The translations under genes and the position numbers were made by a program. The notes under the pieces were generated by a model. It did no database searches. It saw only the letters and a list, made by a program, of their open reading frames with translations, and had not been told where the DNA came from. 34,581 nucleotides of DNA, from NCBI GenBank assembly GCA_041498975.1, contig JBGQJI010000008.1, forward strand, positions 1 to 34,581. Reading direction: 5' to 3'. This document shows, one piece after another, positions 17,792 through 25,859 of the stretch (its first letter is position 1; the number at the start of each line of letters is the position of its first letter). Source of the stretch: Candidatus Methylomirabilis sp. GTDB taxonomy: Bacteria > Methylomirabilota > Methylomirabilia > Methylomirabilales > Methylomirabilaceae.

Positions 17792-19474
17792 ATGCCGGTG
17801 TTACAATTCAAAGGGAAGACCGCCATCGAGTGCTATCACCACACCATTCCGCACCACACACTCGATTTTGATGAGAAGCTGTCGGTGATTGGGAAAGGAG
17901 AGAAGCCGCGCCTGGACCGCAACCTGATCATCGAAGGGGACAACCTCTTGGCCCTGAAAGCCCTTCTCCCTACCCATGCCGGCCAGATCAAGTGCATGTA
18001 TATCGATCCCCCCTACAACACCGGAAACGAAGGGTGGATCTACAACGACAATCTTACCCAGCCACAATTCAAAGAGTGGATCGGCGAGACCGTCGGAAAG
18101 GAAGGCGAGGACGCCACCCGCCATGACAAGTGGTGTTGCATGATGTACCCTCGCCTACAACTCCTGAAGGAGTTCCTTCGCGACGATGGAGCCATCTTCA
18201 TTAGCATCGACGACAACGAGGTCCAACACCTCCGCATGATGATGGATGAGATTTTTGGAGAGAATAATTTCATCGCCACTATTATTTGGCAGAAGATATA
18301 CTCGCCGAAGAGCTCCGCCAAATTCTTCTCAGAGAACCACGACTACCTGGTTGCGTATGCCAGAAGCCGTCAAGAATGGGATCGGAAACTCCTTCCGCGC
18401 ACAGAGGAGCAAAATGAACGGTATGACAATCCAGATAACGACCATCGTGGTCCCTGGAAGCCAAGCGGCTTGGATGCTAGGAATCCTTACAGCAAGGGGC
18501 GTTATACGATCAAATGTCCGGGCGGGCGAGTGATCCCCGGCCCGCCCGCTGGTGCCTATTGGCGTTATTCAGAGGAAAGGCTGAAGGCTTTGGACCGAGA
18601 TGGCCGGATTTCGTGGGGTAAGGATGGCAACAATGTGCCGGCGATCAAGCGTTTCCTGTCGGAGGTTAAGCAGGGAATCGTGCCCCAGACGATCTGGGGA
18701 TACGATGAGGTTGGGCATACACAGGACGCCAAGAAGGAGTACGTGGAAATCCTGAATGCAGAGGAAATCTTTACAACACCAAAGCCCGTAGCTTTAATCA
18801 AGCGGGTTGTCCAACTATCAACGGAGGCGGAGGATGTCATCCTCGACTCCTTCGCTGGGTCTGGCACAGCCGCCCATGCAGTGCTTGCCCTTAACAAAGA
18901 AGATGGCGGGAATCGGAGGTTCATCCTCGTTCAGATGCCTTATGACACCAAGGACAATGAGAAGGAGAAGTTCAATATCTGCCAGAGGATCACGGCGGAG
19001 CGAGTCAGACGGGTGATTCAGGGATACACCTTTACGAAGCGCGGCGGCAATGTCGGAGAGAAGAAGGAGAAGGTTGAAGGCCTAGCCGGGTCATTTACCT
19101 ATGCCCGAGTCGGCCCGCCGTTGTTCGGCGAGTATCGTAACCTGGGTGCGAAATTGCCCGCATACGACGAATTGGCCAAGTACATCTTCTATACTGAGAC
19201 GAGCCGAGATTTCGACCGTAAGGGGATGAATGAGAAGACCGGCAAGATCGGCGAGCATGCGGGAACCAGCTACTACCTACTCTATACGCCAAACAAGAAG
19301 AAGGATCGGGCGTTAGATCTAGAGTGGCTCAAATCGCTAGGAAAGACGGAGAAGAGCCGGAGCCTGGTGATATACTGCGAGAAGATCTGGGTCCACCGCG
19401 ACGATCTGGCGAAGTATGAGATGGACACAAATCGGACGGTCCGACCGATGCTTGTGCCGTTCAATTTGAAGTAA
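17792..19474 (+). CDS. mod: Type III restriction-modification methyltransferase (Mod)
   Basis: IEGDNL.ALK, YIDPPYNTG, IFISIDDNE, FTTPKP..LI and LDSFAGSGT (beta-class amino-MTase); ATG 17792 after AGGAGG. Confidence 0.93.
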   Translation: MPVLQFKGKTAIECYHHTIPHHTLDFDEKLSVIGKGEKPRLDRNLIIEGDNLLALKALLPTHAGQIKCMYIDPPYNTGNEGWIYNDNLTQPQFKEWIGETVGKEGEDATRHDKWCCMMYPRLQLLKEFLRDDGAIFISIDDNEVQHLRMMMDEIFGENNFIATIIWQKIYSPKSSAKFFSENHDYLVAYARSRQEWDRKLLPRTEEQNERYDNPDNDHRGPWKPSGLDARNPYSKGRYTIKCPGGRVIPGPPAGAYWRYSEERLKALDRDGRISWGKDGNNVPAIKRFLSEVKQGIVPQTIWGYDEVGHTQDAKKEYVEILNAEEIFTTPKPVALIKRVVQLSTEAEDVILDSFAGSGTAAHAVLALNKEDGGNRRFILVQMPYDTKDNEKEKFNICQRITAERVRRVIQGYTFTKRGGNVGEKKEKVEGLAGSFTYARVGPPLFGEYRNLGAKLPAYDELAKYIFYTETSRDFDRKGMNEKTGKIGEHAGTSYYLLYTPNKKKDRALDLEWLKSLGKTEKSRSLVIYCEKIWVHRDDLAKYEMDTNRTVRPMLVPFNLK

Positions 19475-19489
19475 CAAGGAGACACACGT

Positions 19490-19714
19490 ATGCCGAAGAG
19501 GAGCTATACCGGAATTTTGGAAAAGGAAGGCGATCTCTACGTAGCTCTGTGCCCAGAGCTTGATGTGGCCAGTCAAGGAGCAACAGTGGAAGAGGCAACC
19601 GCCAATCTCAAGGAAGCGGTGGAATTATTCCTGGAGTGTGCGGATCCCGAAGAAATCAAACAGCGACTGCACAGCGAGGTATTTGTAACAAGATTCGAAG
19701 CGGCGCATGGCTAG
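19490..19714 (+). CDS. hicB: HicB family antitoxin (short form, no DNA-binding domain)
   Basis: YVALCPELDVASQG.TVEEA.ANLKEAVELFLE; AAGGAG RBS. Confidence 0.92.
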   Translation: MPKRSYTGILEKEGDLYVALCPELDVASQGATVEEATANLKEAVELFLECADPEEIKQRLHSEVFVTRFEAAHG

Positions 19715-19928
19715 GCTTCGGGTCCTGTCGGGGCGGGAAGTTTGCCACATTCTCGAGGAACACGGATTCATTGAAGTGAGAAGGCGAGGAAGTCATGTCG
19801 TCATGCAGCGTCGGACACAGACAGGAACCGTGACCGTCCCGGTGCCTGATCATCCTGAGTTGAAAATGGGCACCCTCCTGTCGATCATCCGGCAGAGCGG
19901 TCTTTCTCGCGCGGAATTCGAGTCCTGA
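19707..19928 (+). CDS. hicA: HicA family mRNA interferase toxin
   Basis: LSGREV..IL..HGF..VRRRGSH....VPVP.H.EL..GTL.SIIRQSG. Confidence 0.93.
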   Translation: MARLRVLSGREVCHILEEHGFIEVRRRGSHVVMQRRTQTGTVTVPVPDHPELKMGTLLSIIRQSGLSRAEFES

Positions 19929-19941
19929 ATAGCGAGGCCCG

Positions 19942-22494
19942 ATGCAACTCAAGCGGTATCAGGGACGCGTTGTCCAGGAGGTGAAAATCTTCTTGGGAAC
20001 CCTCGCCGCGCAGCAAACGGCGGGAAACAAGAGGTATGCGGCATTGGAGGCCTGGGACGAGGCCAGGAAACAACTATCTCTTCCGGGACAGTATCACCCG
20101 CGCCGAAACGGTCTTGCTAAGGACCTGCCAATCTTCTGCATCAAAGTACCCACTGGCGGCGGAAAGACCTTGCTAGCCACCCAGATTCTCGGTCTGGTTC
20201 ATCAGACGATTCTCAAGAACCGCAATGGAACAGGGCTGGTGCTCTGGGTGGTCCCCAGCGACCAGATCTACAAGGACACGCTCAAGGCGCTACGTGATCG
20301 CAGGCACTTCTACCGAGAATCGCTGGAATTCGCCCTTTCTCGCCGCATCGAGGTCTGGGAGAAGCACGAGATTGCTCGACTGACGCCCGGCCAATTGCGC
20401 AGCAACCTGAACATATTGCTGTTGAAGCTCGCGAGCACTAATCGCGAGACCAGGGAACAACTCAAGTTCTTCCGTGACAGCGGCGGCAATATCGTCCAGC
20501 ACTTCCCTCCTGAGAACGAGCCGGAGCAACACAAAACACTTAAGGCCCGGATCCCAAACCTGGATATGCTGGCCGAAAACGAGGCGCGGGGCGAATACCT
20601 CGTCAAAACCTCGCTCGGCAATTTGGTCCGGCTGTGCGAGCCCGCGGTGATCCTGGATGAGGGGCACAAGGCGACCAGTGCCCTGGCTCGACAGACCATC
20701 GAGGGGTTTAACGCTTCCATTGTGATCGAACTTTCGGCCACCCCGCCGAAAGAAGCCAACGTCTTGGTGCGGGTTTCTGGAAAGGAACTTCTCGAAGAGG
20801 AGATGATCAAGCTCCCTATCAACATCGCCAACTCCAACCAGAAATCCTGGAAAGATTGTCTCACCCAGGCAAGAGACAAGCGTGAGGAGCTGTCAAGACT
20901 GGCAGCAGACCATTTCAAGGCGAACGGGAAGAGCATTCGCCCTATCGTACTGGTCCAGGTCGAGCGGACAGGCAGAGACCAACGGGATGCCGGGTTTGTT
21001 CACAGCGAGGACGTTAAGGAACATCTAATGCAGCGGCTGAGTATCCACGAATCGGCCGTCAAAATTAAAACCTCCGAGAAGGATGACATCGAGGGAATTG
21101 ACCTCTTAGCCGAAGGCTGCCCCGTGGAGTGGATCATCACCAAGGCCGCCTTGCAGGAGGGGTGGGACTGCCCGTTTGCCTACATCCTCGTTTCCCTCAC
21201 CAATACGGGAAGTCAACAGAGTATGACCCAGCTTGTGGGGCGGGTGCTGCGCCAGCCTTACGTGGAGAGGACGCGATTTGACGAGCTGAATGAAAGCTAT
21301 GTGTTCTGTTTGCGCCGCAAGGCGGCGGACATCACACGCGAGGTGAAGAAGGCGCTGGAACAAGAAGGTTACGAAGGAGAGGCGGCCAGCGTGGTGGACC
21401 GCAGCGAGGCTGACAGCAAGCTAGACGAAAGGCGCGAGGCGTCCATACGTCCTGAGTTTCTGCGGTACTATCGGAAACCCTTCCAGGGGAAAATCTACCT
21501 TCCTCGATTCTGCGTCAAGCGGGGGAGTGAATATGACGTCCTGGATTATTTCCGACATCTAATCAGCCAAGTGGACATCGCGCGGTTTGATTACAGCCGC
21601 GTGGACTGGAATATGTCGCAGGAGCTCGCGGCGGCGAGGGATTCCCTCTACAGACTGACGCTTGAACAGAGCAACCTTGAGCGTGTAGAGGAACGCGAAG
21701 TGGCTGTGCTGGAGACGGACGATCAGGTGAAGGCGTGGCTCGTGGCCAGCCTGCCCTTTGATTACTTCAGCCACAAACAGCTTCGTGACGTGGTAGGTCG
21801 CGTAATGGAGCGTCTGGTCGAGGTCAACCCGAGTCTCCCCGGCCGTCTTGGGTTGGTCAAGTTCCTGGTTCGTGACAAGATCGTCGGGCTAGTCGAACGC
21901 GAAACGGATCGCCAGACGCAGGCGGCGTTCGAGGACCACTTTACGAACAAACGGCTCTGCTTCTATCTCGAGTGCATAGAAGGGCGGTTTGAGATTCCGC
22001 AAAAGGTGCCGATCCATGCGACTCGCAGGTTAGTCCATGACAACAACGAGCCGGTGCAGCGCTCGCTGTTTGACTATGTGCCGGACGACTTCAACGAGTA
22101 CGAGAAGTCCGTGGCGCTCTACCTCGACAATCGCCCTGAGGTCCTGTGGTGGTATCGCAATCTTGTCGGCCCTCAGCACTTCTCGATTCAGGGGTATAAG
22201 CGGAACAAAGTCTATCCGGATTTCGTCGTCCAACAAGGTCGGGGCAAGAGTCCAGTTGCCTCAGTGGTAGTTGTGGAGAGCAAGGGCAAGCATCTCAAGG
22301 GGAACGAGGATACAACCTATAAGCGATCTGTTGCAGAGTATTTCGGGAAAATCGGTCGCAAGATTTCTTGGCAAAAGCTCGGGGAGGATTTCAAAGACCA
22401 GACATTCCGCTTTCAGGTCCTGGACGAGGGTGAGTACGAGGATCGAGATTGGCGGGATGATCTGAAAAGGCTCCTCGAGGAATCTGGAAGTTGA
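19942..22494 (+). CDS. res: Type III restriction endonuclease (Res): SF2 helicase plus PD-(D/E)xK nuclease
   Basis: VPTGGGKT, LDEGH, ELSATP, ALQEGWDCP, QLVGRVLRQP and C-terminal YPDFV...VESKG. Confidence 0.92.
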   Translation: MQLKRYQGRVVQEVKIFLGTLAAQQTAGNKRYAALEAWDEARKQLSLPGQYHPRRNGLAKDLPIFCIKVPTGGGKTLLATQILGLVHQTILKNRNGTGLVLWVVPSDQIYKDTLKALRDRRHFYRESLEFALSRRIEVWEKHEIARLTPGQLRSNLNILLLKLASTNRETREQLKFFRDSGGNIVQHFPPENEPEQHKTLKARIPNLDMLAENEARGEYLVKTSLGNLVRLCEPAVILDEGHKATSALARQTIEGFNASIVIELSATPPKEANVLVRVSGKELLEEEMIKLPINIANSNQKSWKDCLTQARDKREELSRLAADHFKANGKSIRPIVLVQVERTGRDQRDAGFVHSEDVKEHLMQRLSIHESAVKIKTSEKDDIEGIDLLAEGCPVEWIITKAALQEGWDCPFAYILVSLTNTGSQQSMTQLVGRVLRQPYVERTRFDELNESYVFCLRRKAADITREVKKALEQEGYEGEAASVVDRSEADSKLDERREASIRPEFLRYYRKPFQGKIYLPRFCVKRGSEYDVLDYFRHLISQVDIARFDYSRVDWNMSQELAAARDSLYRLTLEQSNLERVEEREVAVLETDDQVKAWLVASLPFDYFSHKQLRDVVGRVMERLVEVNPSLPGRLGLVKFLVRDKIVGLVERETDRQTQAAFEDHFTNKRLCFYLECIEGRFEIPQKVPIHATRRLVHDNNEPVQRSLFDYVPDDFNEYEKSVALYLDNRPEVLWWYRNLVGPQHFSIQGYKRNKVYPDFVVQQGRGKSPVASVVVVESKGKHLKGNEDTTYKRSVAEYFGKIGRKISWQKLGEDFKDQTFRFQVLDEGEYEDRDWRDDLKRLLEESGS

Positions 22495-22538
22495 GGATGG
22501 GCAAGTAGCCTTCCTTACTGGGGTTAAAGATTTTGGCC

Positions 22539-22715
22539 GGTGCTCCGGCCGACGAGGCATCTATGATCTCGGTGGGCCGCCTCGGGTTCAAGCTTCGGAT
22601 CACAAGCGGCCCGCGCCTGCATGGTGCCCGCATCCCTTTCCCTCGCGAAGTCACCACGGCTGAGGAGTGCCGCGCCGTCTTCATCGAGATGCTTCGCGCC
22701 GCCCGCATAGGCTAG
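22539..22715 (+). pseudogene. Direct repeat copy 2: orphan 3' fragment of the hugZ-like gene
   Basis: Reads GAPADEASMISVGRLGFKLRITSGPRLHGARIPFPREVTTAEECRAVFIEMLRAARIG*, versus the C-terminus of the 16769-17557 product. Confidence 0.9.
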
Positions 22716-22810
22716 TAACTCAGAATCGCCGGACAGGGATTTCCCCTTCCGCAAGGTCACTCGAACATCCGGATTGATTCTTCGGCACGCCAAGGATCCT
22801 GAAATCCGTA

Positions 22811-22843
22811 GCGTTCATCCTTCAACAGGCTCAGGACGAACGC
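22811..22843. repeat. REP-like palindromic element
   Basis: GCGTTCATCCTTCAACAGGCTCAGGACGAACGC: imperfect hairpin of the widespread CCTTCGACAGGCTCAGGA type. Confidence 0.6.
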
Positions 22844-23017
22844 GATTGTAGAGACATTTGAGGGTTATTGGACGTTCAGGCGTAACTTAGTGGTGGGTTG
22901 GCGGAGCACACTCCGGAAAGCACTGCCAGTGCGGGCTGAACCTCGGACCCGTTCCTGCAACCCCCCTTTATCGTTCCACTCAGGACCGGGGGGGGTGTCC
23001 AGGAGCTCCACCGCGCG

Positions 23018-23614
23018 TTACGCGAAGGGGGAGTGGCCGCCTCCCTTGGAGGGCTGGTAGTACGGATTGCTGCCCCCGGCATGGTCGGTGGAGTCGATGA
23101 TCTGGCGGATCTCGGGGACCGCTTCCTTGATCATCACCTCGATCCCCTGTTTCAGGGTCACGTCAGCCATCCCGCATCCCTGGCAGCCGCCGCCGAGGGC
23201 GATGTAGGCGATGTCGTCCTTCACGTCGAGGAGCGTCACGTGACCGCCATGCATGGCCACGCCAGGATTGACCTGGGTGTCGAGCACCTGCTGAACGGCT
23301 GCCGCCTTGGGGTCGGTCCACCCAGCATTCGGGTTGTCGATCTTAAAACCGCTTTCGGTGATACCCTCAACAAAGTCTATAGTCGCGCCCTGCAGCTTGA
23401 GCGCGCTCTCGGGATCGACGAACACCTTGAAACCGCCAGCGTCGATCACACTGTCCTCGGCCCCTTTGTCTTCCTCTCCCTCGAACCCGAGCTGGTACTG
23501 GAGGCTGCCGGGGCCGCCCCCTGTAACCGCCACGCGCAGTCCTAGACCCTGCTGACCCTCGGCCTCCAAGAGCCCAAGGATTCTCTTTTTTGCCGAATCA
23601 GTGACGTTAAGCAT
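23018..23614 (-). CDS. nfuA: Fe-S cluster carrier NfuA (degenerate A-type domain plus NifU C-terminal domain)
   Basis: LRVAV.GGG, GATIDF...GFKIDNPN, NPGVA.HGG.V, LGGGCQGC and D.TDH..G.NPYY. Confidence 0.92.
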   Translation of the reverse strand: MLNVTDSAKKRILGLLEAEGQQGLGLRVAVTGGGPGSLQYQLGFEGEEDKGAEDSVIDAGGFKVFVDPESALKLQGATIDFVEGITESGFKIDNPNAGWTDPKAAAVQQVLDTQVNPGVAMHGGHVTLLDVKDDIAYIALGGGCQGCGMADVTLKQGIEVMIKEAVPEIRQIIDSTDHAGGSNPYYQPSKGGGHSPFA

Positions 23615-23752
23615 TTTTCCTCCTGCTGGGGCTCGTTCGCCCCGTCATTTCAATTCCAACGTTTTCACAGAGAGCAATACGCCTGGATCCGATACACAAC
23701 CAGCATGCGATCGCTTTTCTCCATTCAAGATCGAAGGCTCACTGCTACTTCC

Positions 23753-23781
23753 ATCGTAGGCTTTAAGGCAGGGGCTGTCAA
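23753..23781 (-). promoter_or_regulatory. Putative sigma70 promoter for nfuA
   Basis: Minus strand TTGACA-N17-TACGAT. Confidence 0.55.
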
Positions 23782-23814
23782 CCTGAACTCGCGCTCGGGG
23801 GCTTGTCAAGACCT

Positions 23815-25062
23815 TCAGAGGGCCTCAGGGAGTGGGGTGATGATGAACGTGAGTCGCCGGTGTGCTGCACGCAGCGCCGCCTCGACGCGCTCCGGGGTCT
23901 CGTCTCGAGCGAAGATGAACCCCAGGTACTTCATCCCCTCCGGCAGGGGGACGACCTCTTGCCCAATCGGGATGGTGATCTTGATCTCCTCGATCCCCGG
24001 GACCCGCTCGGCCTCCTCACGCCCCCGCACCTCCTGAAGGATCCCCGATTGCGGGATCGGGATCATCATGACGCCCGCGGGCTTGCGGTCGCGCTGCATG
24101 GAGACGATTTCCACTCCCAGGGCATGGCGGATGATCAGCTCTTCCAGCGACATGCCCGTGCCGAAGCGGAGCGTCCGGGAGCAAAGCCCGCCGATGGAAC
24201 GGGCGGCCACCTCGACGATCCAAGGCCCGTGCTCGTTGACCCGTAGCTCGGCGTGCACCGGCCCCTCCCGGAGCCCAAGGGCTTGTGCTGCGGCTGCCGT
24301 GCAGTCCGCGATCGCTGCCTGGGTCGTCGCGGGCAGACGGGAGGGTGTGACATAGATCGTCTCCTCGAAGAACGGCCCATCCAGAGGATCCGGCTTGTCG
24401 AAGAGAGCCAGCACCTGCAGGTCCCCCTTGACGAGGAGCCCTTCCAGCGCTACTTCCGTTCCCGGAACGAACTCCTCCACAAGAATTTGACGGGCCCCCT
24501 CGCCCATGGCGACAACCTCCGGAGTTCGCAGGATGGTCCCGATCCGGCGGAAGGCGTTCACGAACTGCGCGGGATCATCGGCGCGGATTACCCCCCGGCT
24601 GCCTGCGAGGATCGTTGGCTTGAGGACCACGGGGTATGGCACCGTGTCAGCCACAAGCGCCGGGTCGTCGTCAAGCGAGAAGAGCCAGTAGCGCGGGCTA
24701 GGGACGCCAGCCTGGGTCAGGAGCTTTCGCATGACGGACTTGTTCAGGGCGGCCTTTGCGGACTCGACAGAGTTAGATGGAAGCCCCAGCGCCTCGGCGA
24801 TCGCCGCGCCGGCCACGGTCGTCAGATCGTCCACAGGCACGACACCATCGATGGGATGAGGACGAGCAAACTCGGCAACCTCGAGGGCGGCCACGTCGGG
24901 CTTCATGAAGTCGATCGTCAGCAGGCCATCCGGAACTTTGTCTTGAAGTACATTCCGGCGATCCGATGCTACCACGACATCGACCCCAAGCCGATGCGCG
25001 GCTTCCATGAAGGCTTCGGTGCGGTAGGTGGTGGTAGGAATGAGCAAGAGGAGTCGCGACAT
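23815..25062 (-). CDS. ATP-grasp domain protein (L-amino-acid ligase-like)
   Basis: NK..MR..L..AGVP.P, YPVVLKP...GSRGVIR, LVEEFVPG.EVALEG and GPVHAELR...EVAARSIGG. Confidence 0.9.
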   Translation of the reverse strand: MSRLLLLIPTTTYRTEAFMEAAHRLGVDVVVASDRRNVLQDKVPDGLLTIDFMKPDVAALEVAEFARPHPIDGVVPVDDLTTVAGAAIAEALGLPSNSVESAKAALNKSVMRKLLTQAGVPSPRYWLFSLDDDPALVADTVPYPVVLKPTILAGSRGVIRADDPAQFVNAFRRIGTILRTPEVVAMGEGARQILVEEFVPGTEVALEGLLVKGDLQVLALFDKPDPLDGPFFEETIYVTPSRLPATTQAAIADCTAAAAQALGLREGPVHAELRVNEHGPWIVEVAARSIGGLCSRTLRFGTGMSLEELIIRHALGVEIVSMQRDRKPAGVMMIPIPQSGILQEVRGREEAERVPGIEEIKITIPIGQEVVPLPEGMKYLGFIFARDETPERVEAALRAAHRRLTFIITPLPEAL

Positions 25063-25074
25063 CTTGGCCTCTAT

Positions 25075-25182
25075 CTAGTGCCGTTCCAACCTCATCTGCT
25101 TAACGACACAATGACCAGCAGGCCTCTGAACCGCTCGTCGCATAGTTTTGCCATTTGTCCGAACAAGTTGGAACGGCACTAG
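25075..25182. mobile_element. 108-bp MITE-like element with 16-bp terminal inverted repeats
   Basis: CTAGTGCCGTTCCAAC (25075-25090) and GTTGGAACGGCACTAG (25167-25182); CTAG at both ends. Confidence 0.78.
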
Positions 25183-25859
25183 CTGCCCGACTGGCGTGCC
25201 CGATGGTATCCCTCCAGCTCGCGGTTGGCCCTGACGACAATGGCGAGCTTGCTCATCACTTCGGAGACCTTGAGGCCGGGGATGGCAACGTAGAGTTCGT
25301 CGTCGCCGAGTCCCGTATAGACTCGGTTGCCGATGCAGCCGAAGCTGATAGTGGCTCGATCTGCCTGCATCGTCTCTGGTAACATCGCGCAGGTTGGGCG
25401 CGGTCTCACTGCCACCTCAGGACCGATCCCAGCCAAGCGGGCGGCCTCGACCACGAGCATCACCTGCTTGGCTCGGCCTCGCACCAGGACCACATCCGGG
25501 TCGAAAGGCGCCCCGGGAAACGGCCCGTACATCGCCACGCCGAACGGTCCCGTCCGACGCGGGATGCTGGGAACCTCTTCCATCTTCAAATACTCGAGCT
25601 GGATCATGGCCTTCACAAGACCTTCCATCTCTTTGGCTTTCCCGACTGGCAGGTCCACGCCGTGCGTGTACGCCCCGATCGGGCAGTTGTAGTGATCTGC
25701 TGCCTCAGTGTAGAAGACCTTCCCCTCGGCAGCCAATTTCCAATAGCTGCACCCTGCCGGGCCGGCGGCTCCCACATGGGGGACACCGGGCGGTGCTACC
25801 GGGCGGAACGCGATGGCGACCGGAGCAAGGCTAAGGGCGAGGAGTTCCTGAAAGCTCAT
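25179..25859 (-). CDS. DUF169 family Cys-containing protein
   Basis: PVAIAF, GCSYW, NCPIG, DPDVVL.....QVM, RPTCA, SFGCIGNR.YT.L.DDEL; GGAGG RBS. Confidence 0.85.
   Translation of the reverse strand: MSFQELLALSLAPVAIAFRPVAPPGVPHVGAAGPAGCSYWKLAAEGKVFYTEAADHYNCPIGAYTHGVDLPVGKAKEMEGLVKAMIQLEYLKMEEVPSIPRRTGPFGVAMYGPFPGAPFDPDVVLVRGRAKQVMLVVEAARLAGIGPEVAVRPRPTCAMLPETMQADRATISFGCIGNRVYTGLGDDELYVAIPGLKVSEVMSKLAIVVRANRELEGYHRARQSGS

Noticed and set aside
17372..22706. hugZ repeats as a DGR template/variable repeat pair
   Set aside because: Mismatches are not adenine-specific, are mostly synonymous, and no reverse transcriptase is present
22891..22966. tRNA or tRNA-Sec call
   Set aside because: It ends in ACCA on the minus strand but lacks a correctly placed T-loop, D-arm and 7-nt anticodon loop; kept only as an unclassified structure
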